Source: Eledone cirrhosa | Taxonomy: Eukaryota | Assembly (NCBI GenBank): GCA_964016885.1 | Contig: OZ024757.1 | Coordinates: 42,966,001-43,030,000, forward strand | Length of the DNA stretch: 64,000 nt | Direction of reading: 5' to 3' | In this document: in pieces, positions 25,301 through 38,904 of the stretch | How the letters are laid out: each line of letters opens with the position of its first letter | Numbering within the stretch: the stretch's first letter is position 1 | Position numbers and translations under genes: made by a program | Notes under the pieces: generated by a model | Database searches by the model: none | Seen by the model: the letters and a program-made list of their open reading frames with translations, nothing else | What the model was told of the DNA's origin: nothing

Positions 25301-28253
25301 AGTGCGCATGCGCCCAAGCCGCCGGACCATACTGCGCATGCGCCAAGGCCGCCGAACCGTCGTGCCCATGCGCTAAGACCGCCGGACCGTACTGCGCATG
25401 CGCCAAGGCCGCTGAACCGTACTGCGCATGCCCCAAAGCCGCCGACCCGTAGTGCGCATGCACCAAGGCCACTGGACCGTACTGGGCATGCTCTAAGACC
25501 GTCGGACCGCAGTGCGCATGCCCCAAGGCCGTCGGACCGTAGTGCGCATGTGCCAAGGCCGCCGAACCGTACTGCGCATGCGCCAAGGCCGCCGAACCGT
25601 ACTGCGCATGCGCCAAGGCCGCCGGACCGTAGTGCGCATGCGCCAAAGACGCCGAACCGTCGTGCCCATGCGCCAAGACCGCCGGACCGTACTGCGCATG
25701 CCCCAAAGCCGCCGACCCGTAGTGCGCATGTACCAAGGCCACCGGACCGTACTGCGCGTGCTCTAAGACCGTCGGACCGCAGTGCGCATGCCCCAAGGCC
25801 GCCAGACCGTAGTGCGCATGCGCCAAGGCCGCCAGACCGTAGTGCGCATGCGCCAAGGCCGCCGAACCGTACTGCTCATGCGCCAAGGCCGCCGAACCGT
25901 ACTGCGCATGCGCCAAGGCCGCCGAACCGTACTGCGCATGCGCCAAGGCCGCCGAACCGTACTGCGCATGCGCCAAAGCCGCCGAACCGTAGTGCGCATG
26001 CGCCAAAGCCGCTGGACCGTAGTGCGCATGCGCCAAGGCCACTGGACCGTACTGCGCATGTACCAAGGCCGCCGTCGTAGTGCGCATGCGCCAAGGCCGC
26101 CGGAACTTTGTGCGCATGCGCCAAGGCCGCCGGAACTTTGTGCGCATGCGCCAAGGCCGCCGGACCGTAGTGCGCATGCGCCAAGGCCGCCGGACCATAG
26201 TGCGCATGCGCCAAGGCCGCCGGAGCATACTGCACATGCGCCAAGGCCGCCGGACCGTAGTGCGCATGCGCCAAGGCCACCGGACCGTAGTGCGCATGAG
26301 CCAAGGCCGCCGGACCGTAGTGCGCATGCGCCAGAGCCGCCGAACCGTGGTGCACATGCGCCAAGCCCGTCGGACCGTAGTGCGCATGCGCCAAGCCCGC
26401 CGGACCGTAGTGCGCATGCGCCAAGGCCGCCTGACTGTACTGCGCATGCGTCAAGGTCCCAGTACCGAACTGCGCATGCGCTAAGGCCACCGGACCGTAC
26501 TGCGCGTGCGCCAAGGCCGCCGAACCGTGGTGTGCATGCGCCAAGGCCACCGGACCATACTGCGCATGCGCCAAAGCCGCCTGACTGTACTGCGCATGCG
26601 CCAAGGCCGCCTGACTGTACTGCGCATGCGACAAGGCCGCCGGACCGTAGTGCGCATGCGCCCAAGCCGCCGGACCATACTGCGCATGCGCCAAGGCTGC
26701 CGGACCGTAGTGCGCATGCGTCAAGGCCGCAGTACCGAACTGCGCATGCGCTAAGGCCGCAGTACCGAACTGCGCATGCGCTAAGGCCGCAGTACCGAAC
26801 TGCGCATGCGCCAAGGCCGCCGTACCGTACTGCGCATGCGCCAAGGACGCCGGACCGTAGTGCGCATGCGCCAAAGACGCCGAACAGTCGTGCCCATGCG
26901 CCAAGACCGCCGGACCGTACTGCGCATGCCCCAAAGCCGCCGACCCGTAGTGCGCATGCACCAAGGCCACCGGACCGTACTGCGCATGCTCTAAGACCGT
27001 CGGACCGTAGTGCGCATGCCCCAAGTCCGTCGGACCGTAGTGCGCATGCGCCAATGCCGCCAGACCGTAGTGCGCATACGCCAAGGCCGCCGAACCCTAC
27101 TGCGCATGCGCCAAGGCCGCCGAACCGTACTGCGCATGCGCCAAGGCCGCCGAACCGTACTGCGCATGCGCCAAGGCCGCCGAACCGTACTCCGCATGCG
27201 CCAAAGCCGCTGGACCGTAGTGCGCATGCGCCAAGGCCACTGGACCGTACTGCGCATGTACCAAGGCCGCCGTCGTAGTGCGCATGCGCCAATGCCGCCG
27301 GACCTTTGTGCGCATGCGGTACGGTGGCCTTGGCGCATGCGCACTAAGGTCTAACGGCCTTGGCGCATGCGCACTACGGTTCGGCGGCTTTGACGCACAC
27401 GGACTACGTTCCGTCAGATTTGGCGCACGCACACTACGGTCCGGCGGTCTTGGCGCATGCGCACTACGGTCCGGCGACCATGCCGCATGCGCACTACGTT
27501 CCGGTGGCCTTGGCACATGCGCAGTACCGTCCGGCGGCTTTTGCGCATGCGCACTACGGTCTGGCAGCCTTGGCGCATGCGCACTACGGTCCAGCGGCCT
27601 TGGCGCATGCGCACTACGTTCCGGTGGCCTTGGCGCATGCGCAGTACGGTCCAGTGGCCTTGGCGCATGCGTAGTAAGGTCCGGCGCCCTTAGCGCATGC
27701 GCAGTACGGTCCGGCAGCCTTGGCGCATGCGCACTAAGGGCCAGCGGTCTTTGCGCATGCGCACAACGGTCCGGTGGCCTTGGTGCATGCGCACTACGGT
27801 CCGGCGGCCTTGGCGCATGCGCACTAAGGTCCGGCGGCTTTGGTGCATGCGCACTACGGTCTGGCATCATTGGCGCATGCGCACTACGGTCCGGCGGCCT
27901 TGGCGCATGCGCAGTACGGCTGGCAACCTTGGCGTATGCGCACTACGGTCTGTCGGCCTTGGCGCATGCGCACTACTGTCCGGCGGCCTTGGCGTATGCG
28001 CAGTACGGTCCAGCGGCCTTGGCGCATGCGCACTACGGTTCGGCGGCCTTGGCGCATGCGCACTACGGTTCGGCGGCCTTGGCGCATGCGTACAACGGTC
28101 CGGCGGCCTTGGCGCATGCGCACTACGGTCTGGCAGCATTTGCGCATGCGCACTAAGGTCCGGCGGCCTTGGCGCATGCGCACTACGGTCCGACGTCCTT
28201 GGCGCATGCGCACTACGGTCCGACGTCCTTGGCGCATGTGCAGTACGGTCCGG

Positions 28254-28854
28254 ATGACTTTTTGGCCATTTTAAGCCTTTATGTTGCCATATTTAGCCAT
28301 TTTTGAGTCATTTTAGTAATTTATGATGCAGTTTTTACCATTTTAGAGCCATTTATAGTCATTTTAGACGTTTCAGTCGTGTTAGAGTCATTCTAGTCAA
28401 TTATGATACGGTTTTAGCATTTTAGTCGTTGATGATGACGTTTTAGTCATTTCTGATGCAGTTTCAGCCATTCTGTTGTAATATGGCAACATAAATGATT
28501 AAACGGCCCTAAAATGGCTAAAACAGCATCATATTTGACAAAAATGACTCGTAAATGAGTAAAATGGTATCGTAAATGACTAAAATAACTCTAGAAAGGC
28601 TACTACAGCATCATAAATGATTAAAATGACTCTAAAACGACTAAAACGTCTAAAATGACAAAAATGGCTTTAATATAGCTTAAACTGCATCTTAAATGAC
28701 TAAAACTACTAAAATGACTCCGAAATGGCTAAAAAAAACATCATAAATGGCTAAAATGACACTAAAGTGGCTAAAACGGACTGTTAAATTGCTAAATTGT
28801 CTCTAAAATGGCTAAAACGTCTTCATAAATAAATAAAATGGCTAAAACGTGGGT
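28254..28854. repeat. Long AT-rich spacer, type A
   Basis: Has the TTTTTGGCC start and the poly-A segment. Confidence 0.95.
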
Positions 28855-30356
28855 GCCGGACCGTAGTGCGCATGCGCCAAGGCCGCCGGACCGTAATGCG
28901 CATGCGCCAAGGCCGCCGGACCGTAGTGCGCATGCGCCAAGACCGACTGACTGTACTGCGCATGTGTCATCGTCGCAGTACCGCACTGCGCATGCGGTAA
29001 GGCCGCCGGACCGTACTGCGCATGCGCCAAGGCCGCCGGACCGTAGTGCGCAGGCGCCAAGGCCGCCGGACCGTAGTGCGCATGCACCAAGGCCGCCTGA
29101 GTGTACTGCGCATGCATCAAGGTCCCAGTACCGTACTGCGCATGCGCAAAGGCCGCCGGACAGTAGTGCGCATGCGCCAGAGCCGCCCGACCGTACTGCG
29201 CATGCGCTAAGTCCGTAGTACCGTACTGCGCATGCTACAAGGCCGCAGTACCGTACTGCGCATGCGACAAGGCCGCAGTACCGTAGTGCGCATGCGCCAA
29301 GGCCACCGGACCGTAGTGCGCATGAGCCAAGGCCGCCGGACCGTACTGCGCATGCGCCAAGCCCGCCGGACCGTAGTGCGCATGCGCCAGAGCCGCCGAA
29401 CCGTGGTGCACATGCGCCAAGCCCGCCGGACCGTAGTGCGCATGCGCCAAGGCCGCCTGACTGTACTGCGCATGCGTCAAGGTCCCAGTACCGAACTGCG
29501 CATGCGCTAAGGCCACCGGACCGTACTGCGCATGCGCCAAGGCCGCCGGACCGTAGTGCGCATGCGCCAGAGCCGCCGAACCGTGGTGTGCATGCGCCAA
29601 GGCCGCCGGACCATACTGCACATGCGCCAAAGCCACCTGACTGTACTGCGCATGTGCCAAGGCCGCCTGACTGTACTGCGCATGCGACAAGGCCGCCAGA
29701 CCGTAGTGCGCATGCGCCAAGACCACCTAACTGTACTGCGCATGCGTCAAGGTCGCAGTACCGAACTGCGCATGCGCCAAGGCCGCCGGACCGTACTGCG
29801 CATGCGCCAAGGCCGCCGGACCGTAGTGCGCATGCGCCAAAGCCGCCGAACCGTAGTGCGCATGCGCCAAGGCCGCCGGACCATACTGCGCACGCATGCG
29901 CCGCGGCCGCAGGACCGTAGTGCGCATGCGCCAAGGCCGCCTGGTTGTACTGCGCATGCGCCAAGGCCGCCGGACCGCATGCGCACTAAGGTCCGGCGGC
30001 TTTGGTGCATGCGCACTACGGTCTGGCATCATTGGCGCATGCGCACTACGGTCCGGCGGCCTTGGCGCATGCGCAGTACGGCCCGGCAACCTTGGCGTAT
30101 GCGCACTACGGTCTGTCGGCCTTGGCGCATGCGCACTACTGTCCGACGGCCTTGGCGCATGCGCAGTACGGTCCAGCGGCCTTGACGCATGCGCACTTCG
30201 GTTCGGCGGCCTTGGCGCATGCGTACAACGGTCCGGCGGCCTTGGCGCATGCGCACTACGGTCTGGCAGCATTGGCGCATGCGCACTACGGTCCGACGTC
30301 CTTGGCGCATGCGCACTACGGTCCGACGTCCTTGGCGCATGTGCAGTACGGTCCGG

Positions 30357-30924
30357 ATGACTTTTTAGCCATTTTAAGCCTTTATGTTGCCATATTTAGC
30401 CATTTTTGAGTAATTTTAGTAATTTATGATGCAGTTTTTACCATTTTAGAGCCATTTATAGTCATTTTAGACGTTTCAGTCGTGTTAGAGTCATTCTAGT
30501 CAATTATGATACGGTTTTAGCATTCTAGTCATTGATGATGACGTTTTAGTCATTTATGATGCAGTTTCAGCCATTTTGTTGTAATATGGCAACATAAATG
30601 ATTAAATGGCCCTAAAATGGCTAAAACAGCATCATATTTGACAAAAATGACTCGTAAATGAGTAAAACGGTATCATAAATGACTAAAATAACACTAGAAA
30701 GGCTACTACAGCATCATAAATGATTAAAATGACTCTAAAACGTCTAAAATGACAAAAATGGCTTTAATATAGCTTAAACTGCATCTTAAATGACTAAAAC
30801 TACTAAAATGACTCCGAAATGGCTAAAATGACACTAAAGTGGCTAAAACGGACTGTTAAATTGCTAAATTGTCTCTAAAATGGCTAAAACGTCTTCATAA
30901 ATAAATAAAATGGCTAAATAAAAT
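30357..30924. repeat. Long AT-rich spacer, type B with rearranged right end
   Basis: Lacks the poly-A segment. The right junction reads GGCTAAATAAAATG|TCCGTAG instead of GGCTAAAACGTGGGT|GCCGG. Confidence 0.93.
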
Positions 30925-31124
30925 GTCCGTAGTACCGTACTGCGCATGCTACAAGGCCGCAGTACCGTACTGCGCATGCGACAAGGCCGCAGTACCGTAG
31001 TGCGCATGCGCCAAGGCCACCGGACCGTAGTGCGCATGAGCCAAGGCCGCCGGACCGTACTGCGCATGCGCCAAGCCCGCCGGACCGTAGTGCGCATGCG
31101 CCAGAGCCGCCGAACCGTGGTGCA

Positions 31125-34100
31125 CATGCGCCAAGCCCGCCGTCCCGTAGTGCGCATGCGCCAAGCCCGCCGGACCGTAGTGCGCATGCGCCAAGGCCGC
31201 CTGACTGTACTGCGCATGCGTCAAGGTCCCAGTACCGAACTGCGCATGCGCTAAGGCCACCGGACCGTACTGCGCATGCGCCAAGGCCGCCGGACCTTAG
31301 TGCGCATGCGCCAGAGCCGCCGAACCGTGGTGTACATGCGCCAAGGCCGCCGGACCATACTGCGCATGCGCCAAAGCCGCCTGACTGTACTGCGCATGCG
31401 CCAAGGCCGCCTGACTGTACTGCGCATGCGACAAGGCCGCCGGACCGTTGTGCGCATGCGCCAAGGCCACCTAAATGTACTGCGCATGGTCGCAGTACCG
31501 AACTGCGCATGCGCCAAGGCCGCCGGACCGTACTGCGAATGCGCCAAGGCCGCCGGACCGTAGTGCGCAAGCGCCAAAGCCGCCGAACCGTAGTGCGCAT
31601 GCGCCAAGGCCGCCGGACCATACTGCGCACGCATGCGCCGCGGCCGCAGGACCGTAGTGCGCATGCGCCAAGGCCGCCTGGTTGTACTGCGCATGCGCCA
31701 AGGCCGCCGGACCGTAGTGCGCATGCGCCAAGGCCGCAGTACCGAACTGCGTATGGGCTAAGGCCGCCGGACCGTACTGCGCATGCGCCAAGGCCGCCGG
31801 ACCGTAGTGCGCATGCGCCAAGGCCGCCGGACCGTAGTGCGCCTGCGCCAAGGCCGCCTAACTGTACTGCGCATGCGTCAAATCGCAGTACCAACTGCGC
31901 ATGCGCTAAGGCCGCCGGACCGTAGTGCGCATGCGCCAAGTCCGCCTGGTTGTACTGCGCATGCGCCAAGGCCGCCGGACCGTAGTGCGCATGCGCCAAG
32001 GCCGCCTGACTGTACTGCGCATGCGTCAAGGCCGCAGTACCGAACTGCGTATGGGCTAAGGCCGCCGGACCGTACTGCGCATGCGCCAAGGCCGCCAGAC
32101 CGTAGTGCGCATGCGCCAAGGCCGCCGGACCATACTGCGCATGCGCCAAGGCCGCCGGACCGTAGTGCGAATGCGCCAAGGCCGCCTAACTGTACTGCGC
32201 ATGCGTCAAGGTCGCAGTACCGAACTGCGCATGCGCTAAGGCCGCCGGACCGTACTGCGCATGCGCCAAGGCCGCCGGACCGTAGTGCGCATGCGCCAAA
32301 GCCGCCGAACCGTAGTGCGCATGCGCCAAGGCCGCCGGACCAGACTGCGCATGCGCCAAGGCCGCCGGACCGTAGTGCGCATGCGCCAAGGCCGCTCTGA
32401 CTGTACTGCGCATGCGCCAAGGCCGCTCTGACTGTACTGCGCATGCGCCAAGGCCGCCGGACCGTAGTGCGCATGCGCCAAGGCCGCCTGACTGTACTGC
32501 GCATGCGGCAAGACCACAGTACCGAACTGCGCATGCACTAAGGCCGCAGGACCGTAGTGCGCATGCGCCAAGGCCGCCGGACCGTAGTGCGCATGCGCCA
32601 AGGCCGCCTAACTGTACTGCGCATGCGTCAAGGTCGCAGTACCGAACTGCGCATGCGCTAAGGCCGCCGGACCGTACTGCGCATGCGCCAAGGCCGCCGG
32701 ACCGTAGTGCGCATGCGCCAAAGCCGCCGAACCGTAGTGCGCATGCGCCAAGGTCGCCGGACCTGACTGCGCATGCGCCGCGGCCGCCGGACCGTACTGC
32801 GCATGCCCCAAGGCCGCCTGGTTGTACTGCGCATGCCCCAAGGCCGCCTGGTTGTACTGCTCATACCCCAAGGCCGCCCGACCGTAGTGCGCATGCGCCA
32901 AGCCCGCCGGACCGTAGTGCGCATGCGCCAAGCCCGCCGGACCGTAGTGCGCATGCGCCAAGGCCGCCTGACTGTACTGCGCATGCGTCAAGGTCCCAGT
33001 ACCGAACTGCGCATGCGCTAAGGCCACCGGACCGTACTGCGCATGCGCCAAGGCCGCCGGACCTTAGTGCGCATGCGCCAGAGCCGCCGAACCGTGGTGT
33101 GCATGCGCCAAGGCCGCCGGACCATACTGCGCATGCGCCAAAGCCGCCTGACTGTACTGCGCATGCGCCAAGGCCGCCTGACTGTACTGCGCATGCGACA
33201 AGGCCGCCGGACCGTTGTGCGCATGCGCCAAGGCCACCTAAATGTACTGCGCATGGTCGCAGTACCGAACTGCGCATGCGCCAAGGCCGCCGGACCGTAC
33301 TGCGAATGCGCCAAGGCCGCCGGACCGTAGTGCGCAAGCGCCAAAGCCGCCGAACCGTAGTGCGCATGCGCCAAGGCCGCCGGACCATACTGCGCACGCA
33401 TGCGCCGCGGCCGCAGGACCGTAGTGCGCATGCGCCAAGGCCGCCTGGTTGTACTGCGCATGCGCCAAGGCCGCCGGACCGTAGTGCGCATGCGCCAAGG
33501 CCGCAGTACCGAACTGCGTATGGGCTAAGGCCGCCGGACCGTACTGCGCATGCGCCAAGGCCGCCGGACCGTAGTGCGCATGCGCCAAGGCCGCCGGACC
33601 GTAGTGCGCCTGCGCCAAGGCCGCCTAACTGTACTGCGCATGCGTCAAATCGCAGTACCAACTGCGCATGCGCTAAGGCCGCCGGACCGTAGTGCGCATG
33701 CGCCAAGTCCGCCTGGTTGTACTGCGCATGCGCCAAGGCCGCCGGACCGTAGTGCGCATGCGCCAAGGCCGCCTGACTGTACTGCGCATGCGTCAAGGCC
33801 GCAGTACCGAACTGCGTATGGGCTAAGGCCGCCGGACCGTACTGCGCATGCGCCAAGGCCGCCAGACCGTAGTGCGCATGCGCCAAGGCCGCCGGACCAT
33901 ACTGCGCATGCGCCAAGGCCGCCGGACCGTAGTGCGAATGCGCCAAGGCCGCCTAACTGTACTGCGCATGCGTCAAGGTCGCAGTACCGAACTGCGCATG
34001 CGCTAAGGCCGCCGGACCGTACTGCGCATGCGCCAAGGCCGCCGGACCGTAGTGCGCATGCGCCAAAGCCGCCGAACCGTAGTGCGCATGCGCCAAGGCC

Positions 34101-34667
34101 GCCGGACCAGACTGCGCATGCGCCAAGGCCGCCGGACCGTAGTGCGCATGCGCCAAGGCCGCTCTGACTGTACTGCGCATGCGCCAAGGCCGCTCTGACT
34201 GTACTGCGCATGCGCCAAGGCCGCCGGACCGTAGTGCGCATGCGCCAAGGCCGCCTGACTGTACTGCGCATGCGGCAAGACCACAGTACCGAACTGCGCA
34301 TGCACTAAGGCCGCCGGACCGTAGTGCGCATGCGCCAAGGCCGCCGGACCGTAGTGCGCATGCGCCAAGGCCGCCTAACTGTACTGCGCATGCGTCAAGG
34401 TCGCAGTACCGAACTGCGCATGCGCTAAGGCCGCCGGACCGTACTGCGCATGCGCCAAGGCCGCCGGACCGTAGTGCGCATGCGCCAAAGCCGCCGAACC
34501 GTAGTGCGCATGCGCCAAGGTCGCCGGACCTGACTGCGCATGCGCCGCGGCCGCCGGACCGTACTGCGCATGCCCCAAGGCCGCCTGGTTGTACTGCGCA
34601 TGCCCCAAAGCCGCCTGGTTGTACTGCTCATACCCCAAGGCCGCCCGACCGTAGTGCGCATGCGCCA
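31125..34667 (+). repeat. 1767-bp tandem duplication
   Basis: Private variants (GCGCAAGCGCC, AAATCGCAGTACCAACT, GCCGCTCTGACT twice) recur at +1767. ORF twins 31471/33238 and 31783/33550 agree. Confidence 0.93.
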
Positions 34668-37600
34668 AGGCCGCCCGACCGTAGTGCGCATGCGTCAAGG
34701 TCGCAGTACCGAACTGCGCATGCACTAAGGCCGCCGGACCGAACTGCGTATGGGCTAAGGCCGCCGGACCGTACTGCGCATGCGCCAAAGCCGCCGGACC
34801 GTAGTGCGCATGCGTCAAGGTCGCAGAACCGAACTGCGCATGCGCTAAGGCCGCCGGACCGTACTGCGCATGCGCCAAGGCCGCCGGACCGTACTGCGCA
34901 TGCCCCAAGGCCGCCTGGTTGTACTGCGCATGCCCCAAGGCCTTCCGACCGTAGTGCGCATGCGCCAAAGCCGCCGAACCGTAGTGCGTATGCGCCAAGG
35001 CCGCCTAACTGTACTGCGCATGCGTCAAGGTCGCAGTACCGAACTGCGCATGCGCCAAGGCCGCCGGACCGTACTGCGAATGCGCCAAGGCCGCCGGACC
35101 GTAGTGCGCATGCGCCAAGGCCGCCGGACCGTAGTGCGCATGCGCCAAGGCCGCCTGGTTGTACTGCGCATGCGCCAAGGCGGCCGGATCGTAGTGCGCA
35201 TGCGCCAAGGCCGCCTGACTGTACTGCGCATGCGTCAAGGCCGCCGGACCGTAATGCGCATGCGCCAAGGCCGCCGGACCGTAATGCGCATGCGCCAAGG
35301 CCGCCGGACCGTAGTGCGCATGCGTCAAGGTCGCAGTACCGAACTGCGCATACGCCAAGGCCGCCGGACCTGACTGCGCATGCGCCGCGGCCGCCGAACC
35401 GTACTGCGCATGCCCCAAGGCCGCCTGGTTGTACTGCGCATGCCCCAAGGCCGCCTGGTTGTACTGCGCATGCCCCAAGGCCGCCCGACCGTAGTGCGCA
35501 TGCGCCAAGGCCGCCCGACCGAGGTGCGCATGAGTCGAGGTCGCAGTACCGAACTGCACATGCGCTAAGGCCGCCGGACCGTACTGCGCATGCGCCAAGG
35601 CAGCCGGACCGTAGTGCGCATGCGCCCAAGCCGCCGGACCATACTGCCAAGGCCGCCGAACCGTCGTGCCCATGCGCCAAGACCGCCGGACCGTAGTGCG
35701 CATGCGCCAAGGCTTCCAGACCGTAGTGCGCATGCGCCAAAGCCGCCGGACCGTACTGCGCATGTGCCAAGGCCACCGGAACGTAGTGCGCATGCGGGAA
35801 GGTCGCCGGACCGTAGTGCGCATGCGCCAAGGCCGCCGAACCGCATGCGCACAAAGGTCCGGCGGCCTTGGCGCATGCGCAGTACGGTTCGGCGGTCTTG
35901 GCGCATGCGCACTACGGTCTGGCGGCCTTGTCACATGCGCACTACGGTCCGACGGCCTTGGGGCATGCGCAGTAAGATCCGGCGGTCTTGGAGCATGCGC
36001 ACTACGGTCTGGCGGCCTTGGCACATGCGCACTACTGTCCGACGGCCTTGGGGCATGCGCAGTACGATCCGGCGGTCTTGGAGCATGCGCAGTACCGTCC
36101 CGTGGCATTGGCGCATGCGCACTACGGTCCAGCTGCTTTGGCGCATGCGCAGTACGGTTCGGCGGCCTTAGCGCATGCGCACTACGGTCCGGCGGGCTTG
36201 GCGCATGCGCAGTATGGTTCGGCGACCTTGACGCAGGCGCACTACGGTTCGGCGGCTCTGGCGCATGCGCACTGCGGTCCGGCGGCCTTGGCGCATGCGC
36301 AGTACGGTCCGGCGGCCTTAGCGCATGCGCAGTTCGGTACTGGGACCTTGACGCATGCGCAGTACAGTCAGTCGGTCTTGGCGCATGCGCACTACGGTCC
36401 GGCGGCCTTGGCGCATGCGCAGTACGGTTCGGCGGCTTTGGCGCATGCGCACTACGGTCCGGCGGCCTTGGCACATGCGCAGTACGGTCCGGCGGCCTTA
36501 ACGCATGCGCAGTTCGGTACTGCGACCTTGACGCATGCGCAGTACAGTCAGGCGGCCTTGGCGCATTCGCAGTACGGTCCGGCGGCCTTAGCGCATGCAC
36601 AGTTCGGTACTGCGACCTTGACGCATGCGCAGTACAGTCAGGTGGCCTTGGCGCATGCGCACTACGGTCCGGCGTCTTTGGCGGATGCGCACTACGGTCC
36701 GGCGGGCCTGGCGCATGCGCAGTATGGTCCGGCGGCCTTGGCGCATGCGCACTACGGTTCGGCGGTTCTGGCGCATGCGCACTACGGTCCGGCGGTCTTG
36801 GTGCATGCGCCGTACGGTACTGGGACCTTGATGCATGCGCAGTACAGTCAGGCGGCCTTGGCGCATGCGCACTACGGTCCGGCGGCCTTGGCGCATGCGC
36901 AGTACGGTTCGGAGGCTTTGGCGCATGCGCACTACGATCCGGCGGCCTTGGCGCATGCGCACTACGGTCCGGCAGCCTTGGCGCATGCGCACTACGGTCA
37001 TGTGGCCTTGGCGCATGCGCACTACAGTACTGCGGCCTTGTCGCATGCGCACTACGGTACGGTGGCTTTGGCGCATGCGCACTACGGTCCGGCGTCCTTG
37101 GCGCATGTGCAATACGGTCCGGTGGCTTTGGCGCATGCGCACTACGGTCCAGCTGCTTTGGCGCATGCGCAGTACGGTTCGGCGGCCTTAGCGCATGCGC
37201 ACTACGGTCCGGCGGGCTTGGCGCATGCGCAGTATGGTCCGGCGACCTTGACGCATGCGCACTACGGTTCGGCGGCTCTGGCGCATGCGCACTGCGGTCC
37301 GGCGGCCTTGGCGCATGCGCAGTACGGTCCGGCGGCCTTAGCGCATGCGCAGTTCGGTACTGGGAACTTGACGCATGCGCAGTACAGTCAGGCGGCCTTG
37401 GCGCATGCGCACTACGGTCCGGCGGCCTTGGCGCATGCGCACTACGGTCCGGCGGCCTTGGCACATGCGCAGTACGGTCCGGCGTCCTTAACGCATGCGC
37501 AGTTCGGTACTGCGACCTTGACGCATGCGCAGTACAGTCAGGCGGCCTTGGCGCATGCGCAGTACGGTCCAGCGGCCTTAGCGCATGCGCAGTTCGGTAC

Positions 37601-38671
37601 TGCGACCTTGACGCATGCGCAGTACAGTGAGGTGGCCTTGGCGCATGCGCACTACGGTCCGGCGTCTTTGGCGCATGCGCAGTATGGTCCGGCGGCCTTA
37701 GCGCATGCGCACTACGGTTCGGCGGCTCTGGCGCATGCGCACTACGGTCCGGCGGTCTTGGTGCATGCGCAGTACGGTACTGGGACCTTGATGCATGCGC
37801 AGTACAGTCAGGCGGCCTTGGCGCATGCGCACTACGGTCCGGCGGCCTTGGCACATGCGCAGTACAGTCCGGCGGCCTTAACGCCTGCGCAGTTCGGTAC
37901 TGCGACCTTGACGCATGCTCAGTACAGTCAGGCGGCCTTGGCGCATGCGCAGTACGGTCCGGTGGCCTTAGCGCATGCGCAGTTCGGTACTGCGACCTTG
38001 ACGCATGCGCAGTACAGTCAGGTGGCCTTGGCGCATGCGCACTACGGCCCGGCGTCTTTGGCGCATGCGCACTACGGCCCGGCGGCCTTGGCGCATGCGC
38101 AGTATGGTCCGGCGGACTTGGCGAATGCGCACTACGGTTCGGCGGCTCTGGCGCATGCGCACTACGGTCCGGCGGTCTTGGTGCATGCGCAGTACGGTAC
38201 TGGGAACTTGATGCATGCGCAGTACAGTCAGGCGGCCTTGGCGCATGCGCAGTACGGTCCGGCGGCCTTGGCGCATGCGCAGTACGGTCCGGCGGCCTTG
38301 GCGCATGCGCAGTACGGTCCGGCGGCCTTGGCGCATGCGCAGTTCGGTACTGCGACCTTGACGCATGCGCAGTACAGTCAGTTGGCCTTGGCGCATGCGC
38401 AGTACGGTCCGGCGGCCTTAGCGCATGCGCAGTTCGGTACTGCGGCCTTGACGCATGCGCAGTACAGTCAGGCGGCCTTGGCGCATGCGCACAACGGTCC
38501 GGCGCCCTTGGCGCATGCGCAGTATGGTCCGACGTCCTTGGCGCATGTGCACTATGTATCGGCGGCCTTGGCGCATGCGCACTACGGTTAGGCGGCTTTG
38601 GCGCATGCGCACTACGATCAGGCCGTCTCGGCGCGTGCGCAGTACGGTCTGGCGGTCTTGGCGCATGGGCA

Positions 38672-38904
38672 CGTCATCAAAAAGGACTAACATGGCCGAA
38701 ATGTCATCATGTATGACTGAAATTACAACAAAATGGCTAAGACGGCATAATAAATGACTAAAGTGACAATAAAATGCTAAAACCGTATCATAATTGACTA
38801 GAATGACTCTAACACGACTGAAACGTCTAAAATAACTATAAATGGCTCTAAAATGGTTAAACTGCATCATAAATTACTAAAATAACTCAAAATGGCTAAA
38901 TATG
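38672..38904 (-). repeat. AT-rich spacer, type C truncated (233 bp)
   Basis: Reverse complement of the left half of the long spacer (e.g. AAACCGTATCATAATTGACTAGAATGACTCTAACACGACTGAAACGTC). The right end is deleted relative to 50419-50685. Confidence 0.92.

Larger units (their letters stand above)
1..28854 (+). repeat. ~12.3-kb higher-order tandem repeat (units 4306-16565 and 16566-28253, with partial copies on each side)
   Basis: The same order of diagnostic monomer variants, junctions and spacers recurs at offsets of about 12.2-12.5 kb. Examples: micro-inversions at 7684 and 20007; ORF-track twins 103/12633, 4888/17151 and 10119/22380. Confidence 0.93.
4532..30582. mobile_element. Putative tandem foldback-like non-autonomous modules (4532-9782, 9783-16791, 16792-22043, 22044-28479, 28480-30582)
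   Basis: Each module has AT-rich outer repeats and GC-rich inner repeats in inverted orientation. No transposase, defined terminus or TSD is seen, so mobility is only inferred. Confidence 0.35.

Noticed and set aside
38418-38870. ORF MMQFNHFRAIY... with a non-repetitive-looking N-terminus (also 50165, 57025)
   Set aside because: It is a translation of the degenerate 41-mer spacer running into satellite, with no recognisable protein family.
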